Origin: Eledone cirrhosa
Lineage: Eukaryota
Length of the DNA: 64,000 nt
NCBI GenBank assembly: GCA_964016885.1
Contig: OZ024745.1
Coordinates: 132,122,001 to 132,186,000, forward strand
Reading direction: 5' to 3'
The position numbers were made by a program, and so were the translations under genes. Shown piece by piece: positions 26,438 through 39,207 of the stretch (within the stretch, counting starts at the first letter, position 1; every line of letters begins with the position of its first letter). The notes beneath the pieces were generated by a model. It ran no database searches. It worked only from the letters and a program-made list of their open reading frames with translations, and was not told the DNA's origin.

Positions 26438-26929
26438 AATTTATATCTAGTAACATTTATATACACACAGATACATATCAATGCTAGCAAATATATAGGT
26501 TTTGTCTTATTAACAATGTGGTTCAATGCATGGGGTTGCAGAACAATAATATGAGAGACGTAAAATAAGAAAATTATAAAATTAACTTACTTACTAAAAA
26601 ATCACTTCGAACTAATTAGTTTCTGGAATGGAGTAAAAATATTTTCCGAAGAAACATAGAAAATCATTCCGTCATCAGGAAAGTCTTTTTCCGTATAGGT
26701 CTCCAGGCATAGCGAGGACACTGGAAACTTATTAAAAAAATAATTCAGTGGAATGGAAATAGCGAAGCGTGGACTGGATTCCAAGCCATTGAGAAAATCA
26801 CTGCCTCCTCGTCTGTGGCAAATACAAAAAAAATCAATCACGTGACATCGAGGTCAATCAGTGGAAAGCGAGTGGTTATTAAGACAGCGGCCAGCTTACT
26901 ACCATAGTAGCAGTCATGGCCAAATATTG

Positions 26930-26972
<43 letters not shown>

Positions 26973-27025
26973 TATGTATATATATATATATATATTGTAT
27001 AATTATATATATATATATACAGGGA

Positions 27026-27065
<40 letters not shown>

Positions 27066-27534
27066 TGGTAAATAGAAAAGGAACGAGAGTGTGAAATGAA
27101 GAAATGGTGATGGAAGAAGAAAAGAGAGGGAGAGAGAAAGATATAGAAGGAGCACACTTGTTTATTTGAATATCAATATTTGATTACATTGATGTAATAA
27201 TTAATAACCAAACTCATAATTAACCAATAAAACAGATATTGATGTAATTCAGTATGAAATAGCTAAAATATCACTCCTTAAATTATATTTTTCTAATAGC
27301 ATGAGGATTTCTTTCTCTTAACAATAATAAAACTATCTAAAAGAAATAGCAAAAGAACAAATTTAGAAAATGGAATGAAAACAAAGATTTCTTGATCCGA
27401 CAGTGTCTTTGTAAACAAATTTTAAATTTGGAACAAAACAAATTAACTCTTTGGAGTGGCCTTTGTTTTGTAAGTAATTTTGATAAGAGATCTTTAATTT
27501 TTTATATGTTATTGACCATTCGTAGTAGTTGATT

Positions 27535-27771
27535 ATAGTTGGACTGAAGGAAGGGTATTGTGGTATTGACATATGGTATTAGTGGTTGTTAGCTGTACAT
27601 AGGTGATGGCTATATGGTGTTGATCTGGATACGTGATGTTGTTAGTAGCGACTGGAAGGAAGATAAATTATACAAACATTGACATATGATGCAAGTAGAC
27701 AGATGTTAGCAACACTGGCTGAAATCACAAGTACTTTCTTTTTTAAATATTATCTACCACTGTTATGTCAT
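27535..27771 (+). repeat. Direct repeat, copy 1 (about 235 bp)
   Basis: atagttggactgaaggaag...ccactgttatgtcat, repeated at 33264-33491. Confidence 0.92.
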
Positions 27772-27971
27772 GGTGGACTAACTCATGGGAATTGGTACAC
27801 ATCTGCTTAACCTATATATGCACGTCCTTGATCCATGCAGGCAAATGTATCAGGTGATACCTTAGTGTCTTAAAAAAGAAAGAGAACATTTGATGATATT
27901 CTTTGTAGTTTTTTTTTATGGCTTGGTTAAAGGGAAAGTGACACTACCCTTGATCCGTTTCATTGGAAGGA

Positions 27972-29899
27972 AGATATCCTCTCACATGAGATCTGCTACT
28001 GAATGCTATCAACAGATATCTTCTCACATGAGATCTGCTATTGAATGCTATCAACAGATATCTTCTCACATGAGATCTGCTATTGAATGCTATCAACAGA
28101 TATCTTCTCACATGAGATCTGCTATTGAATGCTATCAACAGATATCTTCTCACATGAGATCTGCTATTGAATGCTATCAACAGATATCCTCTCACATGAG
28201 ATCTGCTATTGAATGCTATCAACAGATATCCTCTCACATGAGATCTGCTATTGAATGCTATCAACAGATATCTTCTCACATGAGATCTGCTATTGAATGC
28301 TATCAACAGATATCTTCTCACATGAGATCTGCTATTGAATGCTATCAACAGATATCCTCTCACATGAGATCTGCTATTGAATGCTATCAACAGATATCCT
28401 CTCACATGAGATCTGCTATTGAATGCTATCAACAGATATCTTCTCACATGAGATCTGCTATTGAATGCTATCAACAGATATCTTCTCACATGAGATCTGG
28501 TACTGAATGCTATCAACAGATATCCTCTCACATGAGATCTGCTATTGAATGCTATCAACAGATATCCTCTCACATGAGATCTGCTATTGAATGCTATCAA
28601 CAGATATCTTCTCACATGAGATCAGGTACTGAATGCTATCAACAGATATCCTCTCACATGAGATCTGCTATTGAATGCTATCAACAGATATCTTCTCACA
28701 TGAGATCTGCTATTGAATGCTATCAACAGATATCTTCTCACATGAGATCTGCTATTGAATGCTATCAACAGATATCCTCTCACATGAGATCTGCTATTGA
28801 ATGCTATCAACAGATATCCTCTCACATGAGATCTGCTATTGAATGCTATCAACAGATATCTTCTCACATGAGATCTGCTATTGAATGCTATCAACAGATA
28901 TCTTCTCACATGAGATCTGGTACTGAATGCTATCAACAGATATCCTCTCACATGAGATCTGCTATTGAATGCTATCAACAGATATCCTCTCACATGAGAT
29001 CTGCTATTGAATGCTATCAACAGATATCTTCTCACATGAGATCTGGTACTGAATGCTATCAACAGATATCCTCTCACATGAGATCTGCTATTGAATGCTA
29101 TCAACAGATATCCTCTCACATGAGATCTGCTATTGAATGCTATCAACAGATATCTTCTCACATGAGATCTGCTATTGAATGCTATCAACAGATATCCTCT
29201 CACATGAGATCTGCTATTGAATGCTATCAACAGATATCCTCTCACATGAGATCTGCTATTGAAGGCTATCAACAGATATCTTCTCACATGAGATCTGGTA
29301 CTGAATGCTATCAACAGATATCTTCTCACATGAGATCTGGTACTGAATGCTATCAACAGATATCTTCTCACATGAGATCTGCTATTGAATGCTATCAACA
29401 GATATCTTCTCACATGAGATCTGCTATTGAATGCTATCAACAGATATCCTCTCACATGAGATCTGCTATTGAAGGCTATCAACAGATATCTTCTCACATG
29501 AGATCTGGTACTGAATGCTATCAACAGATATCTTCTCACATGAGATCTGGTACTGAATGCTATCAACAGATATCTTCTCACATGAGATCTGCTATTGAAT
29601 GCTATCAACAGATATCTTCTCACATGAGATCTGCTATTGAATGCTATCAACAGATATCTTCTCACATGAGATCTGCTATTGAATGCTATCAACAGATATC
29701 CTCTCACATGAGATCTGCTATTGAATGCTATCAACAGATATCCTCTCACATGAGATCTGCTATTGAATGCTATCAACAGATATCTTCTCACATGAGATCT
29801 GCTATTGAATGCTATCAACAGATATCTTCTCACATGAGATCTGGTACTGAATGCTATCAACAGATATCCTCTTACATGAGATCTGCTATTGAATGCTAT
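27972..29899. repeat. 42-bp minisatellite, about 46 copies, forming a 670-codon open frame
   Basis: Unit CAGATATC(T/C)TCTCACATGAGATCTG(C/G)TA(T/C)TGAATGCTATCAA. Confidence 0.99.
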
Positions 29900-29979
29900 T
29901 AAACACTATCAACAGACAGGTGGTGGTGTTCAGGCTGATTATTTCAGTTTACCACTCTAAGAGAGGAATGGTCCCTCCA

Positions 29980-30110
29980 ACAGGCTTCCTAACAGTTTAT
30001 ATGTCTTAAATCTCACCTATAAAGCTTTGGTCAACCTGACTTTTGTAGAAAATACTTGTTTAAGATGTTGCACAGTGGGGACAAAGCTGAAACCACATGG
30101 AGGCCAGTTA
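29980..30110 (-). mobile_element. Decayed SINE head and core fragment
   Basis: aaagctttggtcaacctga...gtagaaaatacttg...gcacagtgggg...gaaaccacatgg reads as the reverse complement of a tRNA-SINE B-box region. Confidence 0.45.
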
Positions 30111-30390
30111 AACTATATCTAAATCAATAACAGAAAAGTCAGGGTTTGAATGCTTTCATCTTAGGTCTGTTAAATCAAGGCTAAGCTGGAGCAAAACAAC
30201 AACAACAAAACAACAACAACAACAATATGAAGGAATAAGATTTTCAAGCTGTAAGAAATACATTACTGTTATTTTGATGGATGTTATCTGTAACAGACAA
30301 GATACAATTTTTCTGCAATTAATTTAATGCTGCTGAAACTCAAGTTAATTAGCAGCATTACAACACATACTTGATAATATACATTTTTAT

Positions 30391-32347
30391 TAGTACATAT
30401 ACATTGATAGCATCACTAGTACTACGTTAGTACATATACATTGATAGCATCACTAGTACTACGTTAGTACATATACATTGATAGCATCACTAGTACTACA
30501 TTAGTACATATACATTGATAGCATCACTAGTACTACGTTAGTACATATACATTGATAGCATCACTAGTACTACGTTACTACATATACATTGATAGCATCA
30601 CTAGTACTACGTTACTACATATACATTGATAGCATCACTAGTACTACGTTACTACATATACATTGATAACATCACTAGTACTACGTTAGTACATATACAT
30701 TGATAGCATCACTAGTACTACGTTACTACATATACATTGATAGCATCACTAGTACTACGTTAGTACATATACATTGATAGCATCACTAGTACTACGTTAG
30801 TACATATACATTGATAGCATCACTAGTACTACGTTAGTACATATACATTGATAACATCACTAGTACTACGTTAGTACATATACATTGATAGCATCACTAG
30901 TACTACGTTACTACATATACATTGATAGCATCACTAGTACTACGTTACTACATATACATTGATAGCATCACTAGTACTACGTTAGTACATATACATTGAT
31001 AACATCACTAGTACTACGTTAGTACATATACATTGATAGCATCACTAGTACTACGTTAGTACATATACATTGATAACATCACTAGTACTACGTTAGTACA
31101 TATACATTGATAGCATCACTAGTACTACGTTACTACACATACATTGATAGCATCACTAGTACTACGTTAGTACATATACATTGATAGCATCACTAGTACT
31201 ACGTTAGTACATATACATTGATAGCATCACTAGTACTACGTTAGTACATATACATTGATAACATCACTAGTACTACGTTACTACATATACATTGATAGCA
31301 TCACTAGTACTACGTTACTACATATACATTGATAGCATCACTAGTACTACGTTAGTACATATACATTGATAGCATCACTAGTACTACGTTAGTACATATA
31401 CATTGATAGCATCACTAGTACTACGTTAGTACATATACATTGATAACATCACTAGTACTACGTTACTACATATACATTGATAGCATCACTAGTACTACGT
31501 TAGTACATATACATTGATAACATCACTAGTACTACGTTAGTACATATACATTGATAACATCACTAGTACTACGTTAGTACATATACATTGATAACATCAC
31601 TAGTACTACGTTACTACACATACATTGATAGCATCACTAGTACTACGTTAGTACATATACATTGATAACATCACTAGTACTACGTTACTACACATACATT
31701 GATAACATCACTAGTACTACGTTACTACACATACATTGATAGCATCACTAGTACTACGTTAGTACATATACATTGATAGCATCACTAGTACTACGTTAGT
31801 ACATATACATTGATAGCATCACTAGTACTACGTTACTACACATACATTGATAGCATCACTAGTACTACGTTAGTAGATATACATTGATAGCATCACTAGT
31901 ACTACGTTACTACATATACATTGATAGCATCACTAGTACTACGTTACTACATATACATTGATAACATCACTAGTACTACGTTACTACATATACATTGATA
32001 ACATCACTAGTACTACGTTAGTACATATACATTGATAGCATCACTAGTACTACGTTAGTACATATACATTGATAACATCACTAGTACTACGTTACTACAT
32101 ATACATTGATAACATCACTAGTACTACGTTACTACATATACATTGATAGCATCACTAGTACTACGTTAGTACATATACATTGATAACATCACTAGTACTA
32201 CGTTAGTACATATACATTGATAGCATCACTAGTACTACGTTACTACATATACATTGATAACATCACTAGTACTACGTTAGTACATATACATTGATAACAT
32301 CACTAGTACTACGTTAGTACATATACATTGATAGCATCACTAGTACT
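30391..32347. repeat. 37-bp minisatellite, about 53 copies
   Basis: Unit TA(G/C)TACA(T/C)ATACATTGATA(G/A)CATCACTAGTACTACGT; starts at 30391 and 30428. Confidence 0.99.
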
Positions 32348-32623
32348 ATTTACTAGTACTATGTGTGTATCTGTGAGACATTTAGTTCTCACTGGATGAA
32401 TACAAGTGAAAGTAGTTATCACATGCTTGTACAACTTACAAATATAAGCGGAGGTAGCATTGTGCAATTGATGTGTGATACATTAATTTATGGGGCTGAG
32501 TTTGACTCCTATTGCAGGACAATTTCTAGCAATCAACTAGCCTCATATCCAGGGAAGGATTTTTCTATCATTTGTTTACTGCTATAGAATCTTGAGATAT
32601 GCTCTGTGGAATATAGATGTCTA

Positions 32624-33081
32624 TTAACCCTTTAGCTACCAACCCGGCCCAAACCGGTTCTGGTTCTAGAAATAAAACCAATCATTTTAAAGGTTTCCAA
32701 TTTAAATTAAATTTTCCAACATAATTCTATATAAGTACCTTACATTAAGTTACAATCTTAGTAATGAAATAATTAATATTTCTAGTAAATCCCTCAAAAT
32801 TCTTCATTAATTAATCGAAATAAGGTGTATTTCCTTAGACATACAGTCATGAATGGGTTAATGTAAATTTATGTTGGATTTTAATATAAATTGGAAACCT
32901 TTTAAAATGGGTGTTTTATTTCATAGAACCAGAGCTGATTTTGGTTGGGTTGCTAACTAAAGTGTTAATTTACTATCTTAGTAATGAAATAATTAATAAT
33001 TTTAGTAAATTCTTCGAAATTCTTCATTAATTAATAGAAATAGAGTGTATTTCATTAGAAATGTGGTCATGAAAAGGTTAA
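32624..33081 (+). mobile_element. Two abutting TTAA MITE family 2 copies, the second with its 5' half inverted
   Basis: TTAA at 32624, 32858, 32965 and 33078; 32858-32968 is the reverse complement of the element's 5' half. Confidence 0.8.
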
Positions 33082-33263
33082 AGGGAAAAGAAACTGCTTT
33101 TGAGCTATAGTTGATAGTTTATTGGATTACCAACCAATGAAGTTATGTTATAGACTTTTGAGGGTCTTTATTATATCATAAATCTACAGTAAGCTCTCAA
33201 GTACGGTGAATTAATCATAAATTTTGATAAAAGAACTTAAATTTTTTATGTTATTAAACATTG

Positions 33264-33491
33264 ATAGTTGGACTGAAGGAAGAGTATTGTGGTATTGACA
33301 TATGGTGTTAGTGGTTGTTAGCTGTACATAGGTGATAGCTATATGGTGTTGATGTTATTAGGAGCAACTGGAAGGAAGATAAATTATACAAACAGTGACA
33401 TATGATGCAAGTAGACACTTGTTAGCAACACTGGCTGAAATCACAGGTAGGTACTTTCTTTTTAAAATATCATCTACCACTGTTATGTCAT
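33264..33491 (+). repeat. Direct repeat, copy 2
   Basis: Matches 27535-27771 with scattered substitutions and small indels. Confidence 0.92.
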
Positions 33492-33719
33492 AAGATTTAG
33501 TTAGAAATTATTTTCTCTAAATACCAGATATATAATTTGGATCTCAACTTTAGATTATTATAAAATATTTTGAATCAAGAACTAATTTACTTAGTTCAGA
33601 TTTTAAAGTTAAATTATTTCATGCTCCAATAAATTATTTCTAATGCTTTACTCTTAAGAAGACATGTCCCTGAGATTAATAAAAAAAATGTGCAAGCTTA
33701 TATCCTAACATTAGTGCTT

Positions 33720-34150
33720 CACTGACTCCACATACAAGTTACACAAAACTCTGGTTAAAATTTACAACTGTGTTAATTTGGAGTGAAGAATTCTTGATCT
33801 ATTAGAGCTGATAGCAAGCAATGGGAAACTGCAATAGTATCTGGTCTTAATCTGCCTTTTCATGGATCTGTGCCATAATTTTAATTATAAGCATGTCAGG
33901 TTATTGTGCAACAGTCTATTCAGTATAAAAGCCATCATACACAATCATTTATCACCTGGTGGATATCTTATTCAAAATCAAGAGATTTTAGGGCAATAAT
34001 TACTACACACCTTGATTAAGGAAATCTCTAAGTTGATGTGGTGAATTTTTATTTGTTAGTAACTGATGGAACTATTGCCATTACTCTGTTAAAATCAACG
34101 ATTGTAATGATGAAATATTTATTGTTGGCCAACAGACGTGTTGATGTGGA
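33720..34150 (+). mobile_element. Possible highly decayed hAT transposase segment
   Basis: Fragments NLPFHG, YLIQNQ and FYLLVTDGTIAIT fall in the order expected for LAFRG, IQNE and FSIxxDETxDIS. Confidence 0.3.
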
Positions 34151-35284
34151 ATAATTCTTTTAAATCTTACACTGATTAATTCAAATCATGATTGAATCAT
34201 GATAAAATGTGACCTTTAAAGTTTCCTATAGATTTCTTTTCTATTTATTTTTCTTTGTTATACTGGTGTTATTGTTGTTTTTATCTCTATCTGTTTTCGT
34301 TTGATTCAAGAAGAGAAGATTAGGTCCAATGTAATAATATATTTGGACAAGAACTGCAAACCATAGTGTTCTGTCTGAATCAGTTAATCAATTAATTACT
34401 GTGCTAACAATTACAATTTCATCATCAACAACCAGCAGAAAGCTCTTACTGTCATTACTTTCAGCTTTTGTTTTTCTCTTTCTTTCAGTTTAATTTTTGC
34501 CTGAGACTATATTCTTTTTCCATTTCTTTTTTTTATTTTTAACTCATAGAAAAAGAAAAAAAAATGAAAGAAAATTTAAAAAGTTGTTACCAAGAGAAAA
34601 ATCCAATTACTAGGTGCCTATTTCAGGAGAAATTGATATTTCTAACATTTGTTTTTCTTTAAAAAAATCATTAGACTTTAGAAACTTGTCAATTGTTTGA
34701 AAGTTGCAAAACAGATAGAAACATAAGAACTTTCCAGTTAATTTTTTTTTACCAATTCTTGTGACATTTATTTCAACAGTAAAATGAGGGATTGTTTGGT
34801 TTAAAATGTTGAATTGCATGGTTTTCTGATTTCAACCATAAACTAATCTGGAGATTTGATTTTAACCCTGACTTGAATACAAGAGATTTGACAAATTATT
34901 TTTAACACTTGCCAAAGGAAAGGTTTTTATGATTTTAACTAAGCAAGTTTTGAACCATATTTCACTAAACTGGGGATGATCTTCCGTGAACAGATATATT
35001 GATTTCAAAAACTGTAAGTCAATTAAAAAATTTCCCCTTGGGTCAAGGGTTTTACTGAATATAAGTTTTGAACCATATTCTTGCTCATATATTCCATTCT
35101 AGCAAGGTTTCTAGGGCTGCTGGATCCTTTCTTAATGCCAACACCATGTACCAGGTGTGTTTTTCATGGCACTGACTCTACAATCTGACAGAGCAGAGTT
35201 GCAGCTTTTTATTGAGGCACCTGCACTAATACTTTAGAGTGTGGGATGGGTGAATGTGGCACCACCACGTCTCAAGGCTATGAA

Positions 35285-35930
35285 TACAAGCTATGATCAA
35301 ATAAATAATGAGAAAATTTCAGGAGAGACATTATTAATTTTCATAAGCTTACAAAACTTTGTCTTCTTCAGAATAACGACGTATTACATCTACAAACTTA
35401 TGCAGGTATCTTCCTCACTCCTGGAAAACTTCCTCCCAGTCATTATTCCATAGTCACATCAGAAAATTCACTGATATTTCCGTTAGTTCCTGTGTTAACT
35501 GGAATCTGATTCCCCCGAGGCTGTCTTTCATGAGTGAGAATAAGAAGTCACAAAGAGACAGGTTGGGGCTGTAGGGTGGGTGTTGTATCACATTCATTCC
35601 ACTGTTGACCCCCCAGGTGGTCACCAGGATTGACTTGTGGCATGAGGCATTGTCCTGGTGGAATCACCACTCTCTGTTGCTGTAGTTTCTTCCTCATCCT
35701 TTCTCTTAACCTTTTCAGAGCCCTCCTTATTGAGGATTTGGCTGTCAGGAACCCATTCAATGTGAATTAGCCCCTAAGAGTCAAGGAGCCTGTTTTTGTG
35801 ACCTGCGCATCTTTGCCTTCTTGGGCCTAGGGGAGGACACATGCTGGCCATTTTGATATATGCTCTCAGGTTCATCAGTGAATACCAAACTCTTGTCGCA
35901 AGTCACTCATTTATTCAGGAAACCAGAAAG
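35285..35930 (-). mobile_element. mariner (DD34D) transposase relic with probable 3' terminal inverted repeat
   Basis: VTCDKS...SPRPKKAK...LKRLRERMRKK...FHQDNASCHKS...QHPPYSPNLSLCDF; 34 residues lie between the last two Asp. Confidence 0.9.
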
Positions 35931-36060
35931 CGATGATGTTATATATTTACAGACATAAGTTAAATAGTTGCAGTTTTATTGGGTTAAACAGAGAGAAAAA
36001 GAGAGCAGAACATGTTATAAAGAGAGGGAAAGGAGGGGAAGAGCAAGGACTTGGGTGTTT

Positions 36061-36866
36061 ATATATGTAAGTATGGGTGTGTATATATGTAAGTATGGTG
36101 TGTATATATGTAAGTATGGTGTATATATATATGTAAGTATGGTGTATATATGTAAGTATGGTGTATATATATGTAAGTATGGTGTATATATATGTAAGTA
36201 TGGTGTATATATATGTCAGTATGGTATATATATGTAAGTATGGGTGTGTATATATGTAAGTATGGTGTATATATATGTCAGAATGGTGTATATATGTAAG
36301 TATGGTGTATATATATGTAAGTATGGTGTATATATATGTCAGAATGGTGTATATATGTAAGTATGGTGTATATATATGTAAGTATGGTGTATATATGTAA
36401 GTATGGTGTATATATATATGTCAGTATGGTGTACATATGTAAGTATGGTCTATATATGTAAGTATGGTGTATATATATATGTCAGTATGGTGTATATATG
36501 TAAGTATGGTGTGTATATATGTAAGTATGGTGTATATATGTCAGTATGGTGTATATATGTTAGTATGGTGCATATATGTAAGTATGGTGTATATATGTCA
36601 GTATGGTGTATATATGTCAGTATGGTGTATATATGTCAGTATGGTGTATATATGTGAATATGGTGTATATATGTCAGTATGGTGTATATATGTCAGTATG
36701 GTGTATATACATGTGACTATGGTGTGTATATATGTAAGTATAGGTGTATATATATGAATATGGGTGTATATATATATATATATGTGTGTGAATATGGGTG
36801 TATATATAACTCACTACGGGTGTATCTATACATGAGTATGGATATATATTTATGTCAGTATGGGTG

Positions 36867-36870
<4 letters not shown>
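36061..36870. repeat. About 20-bp degenerate minisatellite GT(A/C)AGTATGGTGTATATAT
   Basis: Over 30 units. Confidence 0.95.
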
Positions 36871-36943
<73 letters not shown>

Positions 36944-37104
36944 CGGAGGAAATGTGGTAAGGAACCAGGTGGACCATAATGCACCAAAGTACTCAATACT
37001 TAGGGTAGTAGAGTGGGTAATAGGAACGTTCCTATATATATATATATATATAATTATGTGTGTATATACATCGGTATGTGAATTATATAGAGGTGTTTAC
37101 GTGT

Positions 37105-37225
37105 ATATAGACATAAGTATTATGTGTATATAGACATAAGTATTATGTGTATATAGACATAAGTATTATGTGTATATAGACATAAGTATTATGTGTATAT
37201 AGACATGTGTATGTATGTGTATATA
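37105..37225. repeat. 23-bp tandem repeat TATAGACATAAGTATTATGTGTA
   Basis: About 5 units. Confidence 0.9.
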
Positions 37226-37568
37226 GACATAAGTATTATGTGTATGTGTTGAGATGTTTGGTTAGAAAGAGCTCTGATTAAATACAACAGCTCCGGAATT
37301 TGGTTGTATTTTATTACCTGAGCTGAATAATTAGTTGCCTTATTAAACTTATTTAATTAGTTGGCAACTGGAGTTGCAATGTACACATACCTCTCACTCT
37401 GTATATGTGTGTAAGTGAATGTATATGTGTGTATGTGATGTATATGTGTGTAAGTGAATGTATATGTGTATGTGCATATGTGTTTCTGTGTGCATCTTTT
37501 GTGCAGCCAGCTGTAAAACATAATTTCAAAATGTCTAATTCAACCCGTTCTAATATGAAAAAGTGATG

Positions 37569-37861
37569 TACTCCTGGGTCCTAAATAATAGGTGAGGGGT
37601 GGTGGTGGAATAAGCTGGAGGTTGAAAAATCGGTCATTTGTCTAGGTTGTCTTCTTTGATTTAAAAAACCCAGAATTAGTCGTTTAGTTTACATATTGAG
37701 ACCCCCAACACATCCTAATTATTTCATAAATTATCGGATTTCTTGTAATGTACTTATTTTATCAGGTATAATTTTTTTCAATGAATAAGGAAAATTAATT
37801 GTTGCAGGAATGCTACCACTTAAAATAAAATTTCTCCAGGGATAGATTAGCAAAATTTAAT

Positions 37862-37908
<47 letters not shown>

Positions 37909-38008
37909 GGTGGGGGGGTTAGAATAGGAGCAGTGGGTGAGTGGGAGGAAAGAATCTGAAAAATTAAAAAGTGGGATGGGGGTGGGGATTATTCAAGATC
38001 TGAGAATA
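37569..38008 (+). mobile_element. Possible TA-flanked MITE; partial copy on minus strand at 20065-20185
   Basis: Left end tactcctgggtcctaaataat loosely complements right end attattcaagatctgagaata; gggtcc.aaataatagg...ggtggaataagc...aaaatcggt shared with the 20 kb copy. Confidence 0.4.
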
Positions 38009-38048
38009 TGTGTGTGTGTGTATGTGTGTGTGTGTGGATGTGTGGTTG

Positions 38049-38083
<35 letters not shown>

Positions 38084-38254
38084 AGGAATTATGATGCACA
38101 TGATTGTAGTAACACATTCAGATATGTCCATCCTGAGCAATATCATTACAGAATGTTCCCTGGGCATTTAACAAAAACTTTAAATATAAACTGAGGGAGA
38201 AGCTGGTTTTAAGGGGGATCTGAAGTCATGTGCAGGAAAGAAGACTGCACTGAA

Positions 38255-39207
38255 GGGTGAAGAAGTGGCAGGAAATGTCAGTGGAAGGAAGCTGCAGTAG
38301 AGTTAGACCAAGAACGACTTGGGCAGAGGTGGTGACAGCTTATCTCAGTAGAGGTAGACCAAGGAAGACTTGGGCAGAGGTGGTGAGAGCTGATCTCAGT
38401 TGAGGTAGACCAAGGAAGAGTGAGAGCTGATCTCAGTAGAGGTAGACCAAGGAAGACTTGGGCAGAGGTGGTGAGAGCTGATCTCAGTTGAGGTAGACCA
38501 AGGAAGACCTGGGCAGAGGTGGTGAGAGCTGATCTTAGTAGAGGTAGACCAAGGAAGACTTGGGCAGAGGTGGTGAGAGCTGATCTCAGTAGAGGTAGAC
38601 CAAGGAAGACTTGGGCAGAGGTGGTGAGAGCTGATCTCAGTAGAGGTAGACCAAGGAAGACTTGGGAAGAGGTGGTGAGAGCTGATCTCAGTAGAGGTAG
38701 ACCAAGGAAGACTTGGGAAGAGGTGGTGAGAGCTGATCTCAGTAGAGGTAGACCAAGGAAGACTTGGGCAGAGGTGGTGAGAGCTGATATCAGTAGAGGT
38801 AGACCAAGGAAGACTTGGGCAGAGGTGGTGAGAGCTTATCTCAGTAGAGGTAGACCAAGGAAGACTTGGGCAGAAGTGGTGAGAGCTGATCCTAGTAGAG
38901 GTAGACCAAGGAAGACCTGGGCAGAGGTTGTGAGAGCTTATTTCAGTAGAAGTACACCAAGGAAGACCTGGGCAGAGGTGGTGAGAGCTGATCTCAGTTG
39001 AGGTAGACCAAGGATGACCTCGGGAGAGGTGGTGAGAGCTGACCTCAGTAGAGGTAGACCTTGGCAGAGGTGGTGAGAGCTGATCTCAATTCGTTGAGAC
39101 TCACAGAGGAGATGACAAAGAAATGTGGTGAGTGGAAAAATACTGTGCTAAGATGGACTTGTCCAACCCATGCAAGCTTGGAAAAATAGATGTAAAAATG
39201 TTGATGA
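38255..39207 (+). mobile_element. RTE LINE 3' end containing a 51-bp tandem amplification, about 15 copies
   Basis: KKWQEMSVEGSC-(SRGRPRKTWAEVVRADL)n-NSLRLTEEMT then tail ccaacccatgcaagc; unamplified relative at 60595-60930. Confidence 0.92.

Noticed and set aside
26600-26850. Penelope GIY-YIG C-terminus (SLCLE...KLISSK)
   Set aside because: Resemblance too weak to call without a search.
27972-32347. CRISPR-like arrays
   Set aside because: Head-to-tail units with no unique spacers, no cas genes, eukaryotic context.
35548-35760. Host exon encoding a basic coiled-coil peptide
   Set aside because: It is a frameshifted part of the mariner transposase relic.
37262-37326. Hammerhead-like ctgatta with stems
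   Set aside because: Lacks GAAA and a cleavage triplet.
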